A DNA stretch of 64,000 nucleotides from an uncultured Clostridia bacterium (GTDB lineage: Bacteria > Bacillota > Clostridia > TANB77 > CAG-508): NCBI GenBank assembly GCA_944386195.1, contig CALXAD010000006.1, positions 221-64,220 on the forward strand, in the 5' to 3' direction. This document shows, one piece after another, positions 7,587 through 18,221 of the stretch (position 1 is its first letter; each line of letters begins with the position of its first letter). The translations under genes and the position numbers were made by a program. Below the pieces are notes generated by a model. The model worked only from the letters and a program-made list of their open reading frames with translations. It was not told the DNA's origin and did not search any database.

Positions 7587-8492
7587 TTGGGCTTTTTTGA
7601 AAAATTAAAACAAGGAATGAATAAAACGAAAAATTCCTTCGATGAAAAAATAAATAATATATTTAAAAGTTTTAAAAAAGTAGATGAAGATTTTCTAGAT
7701 GAATTAGAGGAAATACTTATTATGTCTGATATAGGAGTAGATACATCAGTAAAAATAATAGGTAATTTAAGAAATAGAATCAAAAAAGAAAAAATACAAG
7801 ATGAAGAAGATGTAAAAAGAGCATTAAGAGAAGAAATGCAGAAAATATTAGATATTACAGATATAAGTTTACATTTAAATACAAAGCCATCTGTAATATT
7901 AGTAGTAGGAGTAAATGGAGTAGGAAAAACAACTTCAATTGGAAAAATTGCAAATAGATTAGCAAAAGATGGTAAAAAAGTAGTAGTGGCAGCAGCAGAT
8001 ACATTTAGAGCAGCAGCAGTTGAACAATTAGAAATTTGGGCAAATAGAGCAGGAGCAGATATTGTAAAAAGAGAAGAAGGTTCAGACCCAGCATCTGTTG
8101 TATATGATGCAATAAGAATAACAAGAGAAAAAAATGCAGATGTATTAATAGTAGATACGGCAGGAAGATTGCATAATAAAAAATATTTAATGGACGAGCT
8201 AAATAAAATTCAAAAAGTAATAAATAAAGAAATGGCAGATTGTGATAAAGAAGTTTTATTAGTAATAGATGGAACAACAGGACAAAATGCAATATCACAA
8301 GTAAAAGCGTTTAAAGAAGAAGCTGATTTAACAGGATTAGTAATAACAAAATTAGATGGAACAGCAAAAGGTGGAGTTGCAATTGGTATAGTAGCAGAAA
8401 ATCATATTCCTATTAAATTTATAGGAGTAGGAGAACAAATAGATGATATGGAAGTATTTAATTCAGAAGATTTTGTAAAAGCTATTATCTAA
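7587..8492 (+). CDS. ftsY: Signal recognition particle receptor FtsY
   Basis: TTG start after GGAG. GTPase motifs GVNGVGKTT, DTAGR and TKLDG. Confidence 0.93.
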   Translation: MGFFEKLKQGMNKTKNSFDEKINNIFKSFKKVDEDFLDELEEILIMSDIGVDTSVKIIGNLRNRIKKEKIQDEEDVKRALREEMQKILDITDISLHLNTKPSVILVVGVNGVGKTTSIGKIANRLAKDGKKVVVAAADTFRAAAVEQLEIWANRAGADIVKREEGSDPASVVYDAIRITREKNADVLIVDTAGRLHNKKYLMDELNKIQKVINKEMADCDKEVLLVIDGTTGQNAISQVKAFKEEADLTGLVITKLDGTAKGGVAIGIVAENHIPIKFIGVGEQIDDMEVFNSEDFVKAII

Positions 8493-8505
8493 AAGGAGGT
8501 AAGAA

Positions 8506-11427
8506 GTGGATAATAAAGAGCAAGTAAAAGATAAAATTGAAACAAATGAAAATAAAACAGAGATAAAAAATAAGAAGAAGAATAGTAAACTCAGAATGAT
8601 TCTTGTAATTATATTTTTATTATTGTTTGCAGTAATTAGTTATATTCAATTAAGAGGTAGTTATCTAGAATATCTAGAATTAGGAGAAAAATATACCAGT
8701 ATATTTCATACTAATATGATATATAGATATACAATAATGGCAATTAATTTTGTATTAATATATTTAATTGTATATTTTACAAATAGAGGAATAAAGAAAG
8801 GATTGAAAGCTTTCTTTGATAAAGAGAAAAAGACAATGCCAAAACTTCCTAATAAGTCTTTAGCTTTAGTAATATCAGCGATTGTAAGTTTTGTAGTATC
8901 TTCAGCACTTATGCAAAAAATAATGCTTATAATGAATGGAACAGCTTTTGGAATACAAGACCCAATATTTGGACTAGATATTTCGTATTATATGTTCCAA
9001 AAACCAGTTTTAGAAACATTAACATTTTATTTTGTTGTATTTGTTATTGGATTATCTTTATACATGGCATTGTATTATATAATTGTATTTAACAGATACT
9101 TTGATGGAATAGATGGAAAAATGTTGAAAGAAAGTCTATTTATGAAAAAGTTAACAAGAAATATATTGCTTATTGTTATTGGAATTGCTATAAGTACAGT
9201 ATTAAATACTCAAAATATAATGTTAGGGAAAATACTAACAGTAGATGATGATATAGAAATAACAGGTGCGGGAATGACTGAAGCAACTGTTGAGTTGTGG
9301 GGATATATAATATTTGCATTTGTAATAATAATATTTGCATATAGAGCAATAAGAGCTTTTAGAAATGGTAGTACAAGTAAAGTATTAAAAAATTTAGCAG
9401 TGATACCAGGATATTTAGTAGTGTTATTTGTAGTTATGGTAGCTTTTGATTTAATATATGTAAATTCAAATGAATTAGATAAAGAAAAAGAATATATAGC
9501 TGAAAATATTAGGAATACTAAAAATGCTTATAATATAAATATAGAAGAAACTAATTTAGAGAATTCTGGAACAATTACACAAGAAGAGGTAGATGATAAT
9601 TCGAACATAATAGATAATATTCCAGTGATAAGTGAAGACTCAGTAACAGAAACATTACAAAATAATCAAACAAGAACGGGATATTATGTATATCCAAGTG
9701 TTAACCTTGCTAAATATAATATAAATGGAAAAGATTCTCTTGTATATTTAGCTCCAAGAGAAATAACAAATTCAGGAAGAACTTATAATAATAAAACTTA
9801 TGAATATACTCATGGAATGGGAGAAATAATTGCATCTGCAACGCAAAGTGACCAATCAGGAAATGTACAGTATATACAAAAAGAAGTTTCAGGAACAGAT
9901 GAAGTAATTCCAATATCACAACCAAGAATTTATTTTGGATTAGAAACAAGTGAAACAATAGCAACAAATGCAAAAAATAAACAAGAATATGATTATACAG
10001 ATGAAAATGGAAATGACCAAGTTTCAACATATGAAGGACAAGCTGGATTACAATTAGGATTTTTAGATAGATTAATACTTGGAATTTCAAAAGGTGATTT
10101 AAACTTAGCTTTTTCAAGTGAAATGACGGAAGATAGTAAAATATTAATAAATAGAGATGTTATAACAAGAGCAAAAAAAGCAATGCCATATTTAATTTAT
10201 GATGAAAATCCATATACAGTAATTACAGATGATGGAAGAATTGTATGGGTATTAGATGCATATACAGTATCTTCAAGTTATCCATATTCACAATATACAA
10301 AGATTGAACATGATGGAATAAGTGAAAATATAAATTATATAAGAAATTCAGTAAAAGTAATAATAGATAGTTATAATGGCACAATGCAATTCTATATAAC
10401 AGATAGAACAGACCCAATTGCAATGGCATATAGGAATATATATCCAGAATTATTTGTTGATTTAGATGAGCAAATACCAGAAGATATAGCAAAACATTTA
10501 ACATATCCGGAATTTTTATACAATGTACAAGCCGAAGTTCTAAAATTATACCATAATGAAAGAACAGATGTATTATATAGAGGAGATGACTTATGGGATA
10601 TTGCAAGATACAATACATCAAGAGCAACTAATTCAACAGGAATATATATGAAACCATATTATACAATGGTGAAAAATAATGGAAAAGAAGAATTAGGGTT
10701 AGTTCAAATATATACACCAAATGAAAAACAAAACATAATATCTTATTTAGTAGGAACAAGTAATAATGGAACTAATGAATTAAAATTATATAGATTTTCA
10801 GCAGATAGTAATGTAGTAGGTCCAATGCAATTAGATAGGCAAATAGAAGAAGACGAAGCAATTAGTAGTGAACTTGATTCTTTAAATGTAACTGGAACTA
10901 GATTAACAAAACAAATGATAATAGTACCAATTAATAATACATTATTATATGTAGAACCAATTTATCAAACAATGCTTAACGAATCAGATATACCAGTATT
11001 GAAAAAGGTAATAGTAGCATCAGGAAATAAAGTTGCAATGGGAGATAATCTAACACAAGCTTTACAAAATTTACTTTCAAGATATGCTGTTGATATCGAG
11101 GTAGAAAATACAGATGATATAGAAGGAATAATAGATGCTATTATAAAAGCAAATCAAAACTTAACAGAGTCAAACCAAAATAATGATTGGGAGATGATGG
11201 GAAGTGATATTGCAAGACTTCAAGAATTAATAAATTCATTAGAGGAAGCAAAAGAGGAAGAAGATAAAAAACAAGAAGAACAAGCAGAAAATAATGTAAA
11301 TAATGTAGTAAATGAAAATGAAATAAATTCTACTACAAATATGAATTATAATAATTCTTCTAATAATAGTGTAGTAAGCAATAGAAATACACAAAATAAT
11401 GTTGTAAATGATAATACAGTAAATTAA
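8506..11427 (+). CDS. UPF0182 family large membrane protein
   Basis: GTG start 6 nt after AGGAGG. 973 aa: several N-terminal TM helices, a large C-terminal domain, and an Asn-rich low-complexity tail. Family call is from memory of the UPF0182 architecture. Confidence 0.7.
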   Translation: MDNKEQVKDKIETNENKTEIKNKKKNSKLRMILVIIFLLLFAVISYIQLRGSYLEYLELGEKYTSIFHTNMIYRYTIMAINFVLIYLIVYFTNRGIKKGLKAFFDKEKKTMPKLPNKSLALVISAIVSFVVSSALMQKIMLIMNGTAFGIQDPIFGLDISYYMFQKPVLETLTFYFVVFVIGLSLYMALYYIIVFNRYFDGIDGKMLKESLFMKKLTRNILLIVIGIAISTVLNTQNIMLGKILTVDDDIEITGAGMTEATVELWGYIIFAFVIIIFAYRAIRAFRNGSTSKVLKNLAVIPGYLVVLFVVMVAFDLIYVNSNELDKEKEYIAENIRNTKNAYNINIEETNLENSGTITQEEVDDNSNIIDNIPVISEDSVTETLQNNQTRTGYYVYPSVNLAKYNINGKDSLVYLAPREITNSGRTYNNKTYEYTHGMGEIIASATQSDQSGNVQYIQKEVSGTDEVIPISQPRIYFGLETSETIATNAKNKQEYDYTDENGNDQVSTYEGQAGLQLGFLDRLILGISKGDLNLAFSSEMTEDSKILINRDVITRAKKAMPYLIYDENPYTVITDDGRIVWVLDAYTVSSSYPYSQYTKIEHDGISENINYIRNSVKVIIDSYNGTMQFYITDRTDPIAMAYRNIYPELFVDLDEQIPEDIAKHLTYPEFLYNVQAEVLKLYHNERTDVLYRGDDLWDIARYNTSRATNSTGIYMKPYYTMVKNNGKEELGLVQIYTPNEKQNIISYLVGTSNNGTNELKLYRFSADSNVVGPMQLDRQIEEDEAISSELDSLNVTGTRLTKQMIIVPINNTLLYVEPIYQTMLNESDIPVLKKVIVASGNKVAMGDNLTQALQNLLSRYAVDIEVENTDDIEGIIDAIIKANQNLTESNQNNDWEMMGSDIARLQELINSLEEAKEEEDKKQEEQAENNVNNVVNENEINSTTNMNYNNSSNNSVVSNRNTQNNVVNDNTVN

Positions 11428-11518
11428 TAAAATATGATAAAATTAAAAAATAACAAAAAAATAATAAAAAGAATAAAAAAGTAATAAAAAATCCACCATA
11501 TATAAAGGTGGATTTTTT

Positions 11519-11809
11519 ATGTTTGTTAAAAAGAAAAAAATAAATATTTTAAGTAAAGCTGTTAATGAATTAAATAAAACTCTTCAAGAAGGAAATTTTG
11601 TGGAACTTACTTATTTAATAGGAAATAAAAAAGAAATGATTATAAGAAATCTAATAGCAGGAATATTTAGAGGAATTGGAATAGGTATTGGAGTAACAGT
11701 AATTACAGCAATATTAATATATATATTACAAAAAATAGTGACATTAAATATACCAATAATAGGAGAATATATTTCAGATATAGTAGAAATAGTAGAAAGA
11801 AGTAGGTGA
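11519..11809 (+). CDS. Small membrane protein (DUF5665-like)
   Basis: 96 aa with a Gly-rich TM segment IAGIFRGIGIGIGVTVITAILIYIL. The RBS lies inside the upstream terminator hairpin. Confidence 0.5.
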   Translation: MFVKKKKINILSKAVNELNKTLQEGNFVELTYLIGNKKEMIIRNLIAGIFRGIGIGIGVTVITAILIYILQKIVTLNIPIIGEYISDIVEIVERSR

Positions 11810-11909
11810 GACAAAAGGGGGACGGAGCTTTTTTGTCTCATTTGTTTAATTGTTTAAAAATTTTTATACCTATGTTATAATTAATGAAATAAATATATAT
11901 AAAGAAGGG

Positions 11910-12788
11910 ATGAAAATGGAAGAATTAAAAAAAGAAGATATTAAATGTATATTTCCAAAAAGAGATGAAAATTCAAATAAAGGAGATTTTGGCTATGTAG
12001 GAATAATGGGAGGATGCATAGAATATTCGGGTGCTGTTAAACTTGCTAATTTAAGTAGTAGTGCTTTAACCTCAGGTGCAGGAGTTGTAAGATTAATAGT
12101 ACCAAAAGAGATAGCAAATGGAGTTATGCCATATCTTCTAGAACAAACGTTATTTACAATAGAAAGTAAAGATGGACATATGTTATTTAAAAAGCAAAAA
12201 ATAGATAAGTCTTTAGAAAAATTAAAAGCTTTAGCAATTGGAATGGGATGGGGAGAAAGCAAAGATAATGAAAAAATATTAAGTTACATATTAGAGTCAA
12301 AAGAAATGCCAATTGTAATAGATGCAGATGGATTAAATATGCTAGCTAAGATGGATAAAAACATTTTAAATAAAACTAAGTGTAAAGTAATATTAACGCC
12401 ACATCCAAAAGAGTTTGAAAGAATAAGTGGCTATAGTTTTAAGGATATTATCAGTAATCCACAGGAACTAGCAATTGATTTTGCTAAAAAATATAATGTT
12501 ATTTTATTACTTAAAGGACATACAACTACTGTTACTGATGGGAAAACAACGTATTTAGTAAAAAGAGGTTGTAGTGGAATGGCAACAGCTGGAAGCGGAG
12601 ATGTTTTATCTGGTATTTTGGTTGGGATTTTAGGTTATAACGAACCAACAGTTTTAAGTGTATCAGCTGGAAGTTATTTAGCAGGTTTAGCAGGAGAGTT
12701 AGCAGAAAAAGAATTAAATGATATTTCTATGAAAGCATCTGATACAATATCTAAAATACCAGAAGCAATCAATATAATAAGAAAATAA
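11910..12788 (+). CDS. nnrD: ADP-dependent NAD(P)H-hydrate dehydratase (YjeF C-terminal family)
   Basis: Motifs GDFGYVGIMGG and GSGDVLSG. The TTG at 11850 in the ORF track overlaps the upstream terminator, so ATG 11910 is preferred. Confidence 0.85.
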   Translation: MKMEELKKEDIKCIFPKRDENSNKGDFGYVGIMGGCIEYSGAVKLANLSSSALTSGAGVVRLIVPKEIANGVMPYLLEQTLFTIESKDGHMLFKKQKIDKSLEKLKALAIGMGWGESKDNEKILSYILESKEMPIVIDADGLNMLAKMDKNILNKTKCKVILTPHPKEFERISGYSFKDIISNPQELAIDFAKKYNVILLLKGHTTTVTDGKTTYLVKRGCSGMATAGSGDVLSGILVGILGYNEPTVLSVSAGSYLAGLAGELAEKELNDISMKASDTISKIPEAINIIRK

Positions 12789-12823
12789 AAATGAGGGCTA
12801 AATGCTCTCATTAATTTTTTTTA

Positions 12824-13021
12824 CTAATTCTCATCTGTATCTTCCATAATTTTTAGGTTCTTAATTGCAAATTTTAAACTATCATTTATAAATTCGTTTA
12901 TAGATACTAAATTATTGTCATTTACAATTTTTCTAACACTTTCTAAAACATCAGTTTCTATTCTTGCAGTAAATTGTGTATAATCTTTTTTCTTTCTACT
13001 TTTTACTATAAAATCAGCCAT
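12824..13021 (-). CDS. Ribbon-helix-helix-like small DNA-binding protein
   Basis: About 65 aa. ATG at 13021 preceded by GAGGTGG. Pattern FTARIETDVLESVRKI...INEFINDSLKFAIKNL is typical of a CopG/Arc fold. Divergent from the pilin-like gene. Confidence 0.5.
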   Translation of the reverse strand: MADFIVKSRKKKDYTQFTARIETDVLESVRKIVNDNNLVSINEFINDSLKFAIKNLKIMEDTDEN

Positions 13022-13182
13022 TTTTACCACCTCAAGTAGATTTTAATATAATAAATTTAATGTGAATATATTCGTAAGTGAAATTAACACTGAATTCACT
13101 GTTGACTTATAAAAGGAAATAGTATAGAATAAATAGCGAAAATATTATTAAATTTATTACAAGAGAAAAGGAGAGAGAGTTT

Positions 13183-14588
13183 ATGAAGAATTTAAAAGAA
13201 AAACAAGGAATTACTTTAATTGCATTAGTTATTACAGATGGTTAGCCAGAATAAGAAAGTGGTATTAGAGGAAACTTTTTTGCTGGCTAACCATCAGTAA
13301 TTTCCTATACATTATCGTATTATTAATTTTAGCTGGTGTATCAATAGCAATGCTAACAGGACAAAATGGAATACTGACCCAAGCACAGAATGCTAAAAAT
13401 CAAACAGAAAAAGCAGAAGATAAAGAAAGAATAAAATTAGCAGTGAATGCGGCACAAATAGGTGATAATGGATTTGAAGAGTTAGGGCAAAATAATTTAC
13501 AAGAAGAATTAGACAAAGAATTTGGAGAAGGAAAAACAGGTGTAAGAGATAATGGAGATGGAAGCTTTACTGTAAATTTAAGAGATGATAAAAAAGATTA
13601 TATAATATTGTCAAATGGTCAAATTCAAAATGGAGTAGACTGGAATGAAGTAATGGCAGATGCAAAAGCACCAGAAGAGCAGGAAACAACTAGTAAAAAT
13701 GTAATAGGAATAGGAACAAATGGGACAGAGGGACAAGCAGTAGATATGGATTTATGGTCATATGCTTTTGACTCAGTAACAAATGGTTATGGTTTAAATA
13801 GTAAAGAGGTATTTCAAAATACAGAATATAATACTAATGGAACAAATTCAGATACAATAAGAACAGCAGGATATAAAGGAACGGAAACGGATGGAAAAAA
13901 TATTATAATACCACAATATATAAGTGAGGATGGAGGAAAAACATATAAGCCAGTTACAAGTTTGTATAGAACATTTAGTAATAATAAAAATATTACAACA
14001 ATTCCATTAATACCAACAACTGTTACAAGTATGGTTGCTACATTTGAAAATTGTACAAAGTTAAAAGAATGTAGTATGCCAAGTTTAGTAGAGGACATAA
14101 GATGGTGTTGGAATGTTAGTGGTATAGAAGAAATAAAAGAAATCCCTAATAGTGTTATTTATATGGAGGGAAGTTTTAGTTTGTGTAATTCTTTAGAATA
14201 TGTTAATTTGAAAATACCAGATAAAGTAAAATCTTTATATGGTACATTTAGAAATTGCATAAATTTAAAAGAAGCAAACTTGATTTTACCAGAGGGATTA
14301 GAAAATATGAGGATGACATTGTATTATTGCACAAGTTTAACAAAAGGACCAGATGTTATACCTGAAAGTGTGACAGATATGGGAAAAACTTTTGAAGGAG
14401 ATGAAAAACTTACAGGAGAGATGACAATAAAAGCATCACCTACTGTTTATGGAAACATTTTTAGAGGTAATTCTACAGATGCAGAAGCTAAACTTATAAT
14501 AAAAGCAGGAAATAATAATGGAGAATTTTTAAGAAATATGATTAAAACAGAAGGAATGTATAATGGAGAACATATAGTTGTAGAATAG
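13183..14588 (+). pseudogene. Prepilin-like N-terminus plus BspA-type leucine-rich-repeat protein, interrupted by a 74-bp insertion
   Basis: MKNLKEKQGITLIALVIT (13183-13236) continues as IIVLLILAGVSIAMLTGQNGILTQAQNAK from 13311 in another frame. The C-terminal part carries LRR_5/BspA-like repeats (FENCTKLKE, FSLCNSLEYV, FRNCINLKEA). Confidence 0.75.
13237..13310. mobile_element. 74-bp hairpin insertion (MITE/PATE-like, or other intervening sequence)
   Basis: 13-bp inverted repeat gatggttagccag (13237-13249) / ctggctaaccatc (13283-13295). Removing 13237-13310 restores ...LVIT-IIVLLILAG... The left flank ends in TTACA. Confidence 0.35.
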
Positions 14589-14632
14589 TGATTATAAATA
14601 AAAATAGACCTCTAGAAAATAGAGGTTTATTT

Positions 14633-15844
14633 TTATACTAATTTATTAAATACCTTTTTACCTTTTTTAAGGATTGCATAACCATCTTTAAAATCTTTAT
14701 CTGAAAGTTGGTAATTAGTGTCAGTAACTTTTTCATCATTTAAAGTAATACCACCTTGGTTAATAAGAGTTCTTGCTTGTCCTTTAGAAGGAGCCATATT
14801 GCATTTAATAATTGCATCTAGAATTGAAATATTTCTATTATCTAACTTAGTAGTAGGCATATTATCTAAGTTACCTTTACCACTAAATAGGGCATTAGAA
14901 GCTTCTTCAGCTTTTTTAGCTTCAACTTCTCCATGAACTAGTTTTGTAATTTCAAAAGCTAAGACTTTTTTTGCCTCATTAATTTTTTCATCTTTTAGAT
15001 TTGCAAGTTCATTTATTTTTTCAATAGGTAAGAAAGTAAGCATTTTTAATACATTTTCAACGCTATCATCTTCAACATTTCTCCAATATTGGTAAAATTC
15101 ATAAGGAGAAGTCTTATTTGGGTCAAGCCATAGGGCACCTTTTTCAGTTTTACCCATTTTCTTACCTTCTTTAGTTGTAAGAAGTTTAAATGTCAAACCA
15201 AAAGAATCATCTTTTCCAATTTTTCTAATTAATTCAACACCACCTATGATATTAGACCATTGGTCATTTCCACCAATTTCTAATTTACAACCATATTCAT
15301 TATATAAATGCCAAAAGTCATAAGATTGCATAAGCATATAACTCATCTCAAAAAAAGTAAGACCAGTTTCTAATCTTTGTTTATAACATTCAGCAGCAAG
15401 CATTTTGTTAACTGAAAATAGACTTCCAATTTCACGAACAAAATCAACAAATTTTAAATCTAAAAGCCAATCAGCATTATTAACAATTATAGCTGCATTT
15501 TCACCTTCAAAGCTAACAAATTTTTCAACTTGTTTTTTTATACAAGAAACATTGTAATCAATTTGTTCACGAGAAAGCATTTTTCTCATATCAGTTTTTC
15601 CAGATGGGTCACCAATAGTAGCAGTACCTCCGCCGACTAAAATAATTGGTCTATGACCGCATTTTTGCATATGAGAAGCAACCATTAAAGAAACAAAATG
15701 ACCAACATGTAAACTATCAGCTGTAGGGTCAATTCCTATATAAAAAGAAATTGGTTTACTAGAAAGTAAATCATTTAATTCCTTTTTATGAGTAATTTGT
15801 TCTATATAACCTCTTTCATTTAAAATATCAAGTACGTTTTTCAT
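14633..15844 (-). CDS. tyrS: Tyrosine-tRNA ligase
   Basis: HIGH-type motif (SLHVGH), KMSKS-type motif (KMGKT), and a C-terminal S4-like domain. Confidence 0.95.
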   Translation of the reverse strand: MKNVLDILNERGYIEQITHKKELNDLLSSKPISFYIGIDPTADSLHVGHFVSLMVASHMQKCGHRPIILVGGGTATIGDPSGKTDMRKMLSREQIDYNVSCIKKQVEKFVSFEGENAAIIVNNADWLLDLKFVDFVREIGSLFSVNKMLAAECYKQRLETGLTFFEMSYMLMQSYDFWHLYNEYGCKLEIGGNDQWSNIIGGVELIRKIGKDDSFGLTFKLLTTKEGKKMGKTEKGALWLDPNKTSPYEFYQYWRNVEDDSVENVLKMLTFLPIEKINELANLKDEKINEAKKVLAFEITKLVHGEVEAKKAEEASNALFSGKGNLDNMPTTKLDNRNISILDAIIKCNMAPSKGQARTLINQGGITLNDEKVTDTNYQLSDKDFKDGYAILKKGKKVFNKLV

Positions 15845-15861
15845 AAAATCAAAATCCTTTC

Positions 15862-16149
15862 TTAGTTAAGAGTAATTCCGTTAAAACCAGTATTTTGGTT
15901 TAAATTTATATGATTTTTAAATTCTTTTTTATAAGGTTTGAATTCAGGATAGTCTATAAAGCGATTTAAATTCTTTATAGAAATACCAGTTTGATTTGAA
16001 ATTGTATCTAAAGAATTTTCAAAACCATTTTCATTTAGGTAGGTCTTAAAACTTGAAAATTCAGCATTGTCCTTTTTACTACAATTTGGACAAACATTAC
16101 CTTCTGAAATATAAAAACTTCCACATCTACTACATCTATTAAATTCCAT
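15862..16149 (-). CDS. Small zinc-ribbon protein (YvyF/TIGR03826-like)
   Basis: CSRCGS...CPNC zinc ribbon at the N-terminus. 17 bp upstream of tyrS on the same strand. Confidence 0.45.
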   Translation of the reverse strand: MEFNRCSRCGSFYISEGNVCPNCSKKDNAEFSSFKTYLNENGFENSLDTISNQTGISIKNLNRFIDYPEFKPYKKEFKNHINLNQNTGFNGITLN

Positions 16150-16225
16150 TTAAAATTCCTCCTTGTTTTATCTTTTGACAAATACTTTTAAAATCTACTA
16201 CATTGTAACATAAAATCTGGAAAAA

Positions 16226-16648
16226 TTAAAGACCTTTTTCTTTCAAATCAATAAATTTTTGATAAAATTCTGGCATTTTTCTTTGTAAACGAACAGGTCT
16301 TAAATTTTTATCAGTAAAACAATGCTTAGTTTCGCCTGTAAAAACAATTTCACCAGTATTTTTTTCAGTAGCAGAATATCCCATAGTAAGTCTAACACCA
16401 TTAAATTCTTTAACAAATAATTTAATTAAAATAACATCATCAAAAGTAACATGATGTTTAAATTCACAATTAACACCTAAAACAGGAATCATAATATCAT
16501 TATCTTCATATGCAGAATAAGGCATGCCAACTTTTTCAAGAAGATAACATCTTGCTTCTTCCATAAAGCGAATATAATTAGAATGATGAACAATTCCCAT
16601 TCTATCAGTTTCATAATAATTAATTCTTCTTTCAAAAACATAATCCAT
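16226..16648 (-). CDS. Acyl-CoA thioesterase (YbgC/4HBT family)
   Basis: INYYETDRMGIVHHSNYIRFMEEAR is typical of hotdog-fold thioesterases. ATG 16648 is preferred over the TTG at 16657. Confidence 0.75.
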   Translation of the reverse strand: MDYVFERRINYYETDRMGIVHHSNYIRFMEEARCYLLEKVGMPYSAYEDNDIMIPVLGVNCEFKHHVTFDDVILIKLFVKEFNGVRLTMGYSATEKNTGEIVFTGETKHCFTDKNLRPVRLQRKMPEFYQKFIDLKEKGL

Positions 16649-16762
16649 TCTTATCAAATCCTTTCAAGAAAGAATTATAGTAGAATTTCAAAAATATGTC
16701 AAATACAATAGGATTTTAAGAAAATTTGTGATATAATCGAGAAAAAAATTAGGAGAAAAATA

Positions 16763-18205
16763 ATGAAACAAATAAATGGAATAATAATGCAATATTTTGA
16801 GTGGTATATGAATTGTAATCAAAACTTATGGAATGATATAGCAAAAAAAGCTTTAGAGTTAGCAGACATAGGAATAACAGCATTATGGTTGCCTCCAGCA
16901 TATAAAGGAATAGGAGGAAAAGACGAAGTAGGGTATGGTGTGTATGATGTATATGATTTAGGAGAATTTGACCAAAAAGGAACTATAAAAACAAAGTATG
17001 GTTCAAAAGATGAATATTTAAATTGTATACAAGCATTAAACCAAGCAGGAATAGAAGCATATGCAGATATAGTATTAAATCATAAAATGGGAGCAGATAT
17101 GCTCCAAACAATACCAGCAAATAAAGTAGATTGGGGAAATCATAATGTACTAACATCAGGTCAGGAAGTAGTAAGAGTTGCAACCAAATTTACATTTCCA
17201 GCAAGAAAACATAAATATTCAGATTTTGAATGGAACTGGACACATTTTGATGGAATAGATTATGATGAAAATTCAAAAGAACATGCAATATTTAAATTTA
17301 AAGATAAAAATTGGAATAATGCAGTAGATGAAGAATATGGAAATTATGACTATTTAATGGGAGCAGATATAGATTTTTCAAATCCAGAAGTAATAGAAGA
17401 ATGTGATAAATGGGGAAAATGGTATTTAGAACTTACAGGTGTAGATGGATTTAGACTAGATGCAGTAAAACATATAAGTGCACAATTTTATAAAAACTGG
17501 ATAAGAAAATTAAGAAAAGAATCAAAACAAGAATTATTTACAGTAGGCGAATATTGGAGTGCGGATGTTTCTAAATTACATAGATATATAACAGAAACAG
17601 AAGGAGAAATATCACTTTTTGATGTACCATTACACTATAATTTCTATAATGCTTCAAAAGATACAAATTACGACTTGAGTAAAATATTAGACCATACATT
17701 ACTTAAGGAAAATTCAAGTAAAGCAGTAACATTTGTAGATAATCATGACACTCAACCAGGACAAAGTTTAGTAAGTTTTGTAGAAAGATGGTTTAAACCT
17801 GCAGCATATAGCATAATTTTATTAAGAAATGCAGGATATCCATGTGTATTTTATGGAGATTTTTATGGAATACCACATGACAATATAGAGCCAATGCAAG
17901 AATTAAAAACTTTAATAGAATTAAGAAAAGAAAAATCATATGGAGAAGAACATGATTATTTTGATAATAAAAATATAATAGGATGGACAAGAGAAGGGGA
18001 TGAAGAACATCTACAATCTGGATTAGCAGTAGTAATTTCAAATGCAGGAGCAGGAGAAAAGAAAATGTATATAGGAACTAAATTTGCAGGAGAAAAATTT
18101 ATAGACAGTTTAGCAAACTGTAACGATGAAATAATAATAGACAATGAAGGATATGGAGTATTCAAAGTAAAAGAAAAATCAACATCAGTATGGGTTGAAG
18201 GATAG
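16763..18205 (+). CDS. Cytoplasmic GH13 alpha-amylase
   Basis: NGIIMQYFEWY, GFRLDAVKHI and FVDNHDTQPGQS are conserved GH13 regions. No signal peptide. Confidence 0.9.
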   Translation: MKQINGIIMQYFEWYMNCNQNLWNDIAKKALELADIGITALWLPPAYKGIGGKDEVGYGVYDVYDLGEFDQKGTIKTKYGSKDEYLNCIQALNQAGIEAYADIVLNHKMGADMLQTIPANKVDWGNHNVLTSGQEVVRVATKFTFPARKHKYSDFEWNWTHFDGIDYDENSKEHAIFKFKDKNWNNAVDEEYGNYDYLMGADIDFSNPEVIEECDKWGKWYLELTGVDGFRLDAVKHISAQFYKNWIRKLRKESKQELFTVGEYWSADVSKLHRYITETEGEISLFDVPLHYNFYNASKDTNYDLSKILDHTLLKENSSKAVTFVDNHDTQPGQSLVSFVERWFKPAAYSIILLRNAGYPCVFYGDFYGIPHDNIEPMQELKTLIELRKEKSYGEEHDYFDNKNIIGWTREGDEEHLQSGLAVVISNAGAGEKKMYIGTKFAGEKFIDSLANCNDEIIIDNEGYGVFKVKEKSTSVWVEG

Positions 18206-18221
18206 GAGAAATGGGGCAACT

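Noticed and set aside
11850-11909. TTG-initiated N-terminal extension of the nnrD ORF given in the ORF track.
   Set aside because: The extension begins just after the upstream terminator hairpin (about 11808-11840) and has no nearby RBS. The ATG at 11910, preceded by GAAGGG, gives a normal YjeF_C N-terminus.
15845-16225. Looked for a T-box leader upstream of tyrS, and for an M-box upstream of mgtA (24585-24684).
   Set aside because: tyrS follows the upstream ORF by 17 bp, and the next intergenic region is only 76 bp. The mgtA upstream region is about 100 bp. Both are too short, and no specifier, T-box or M-box sequence was seen.
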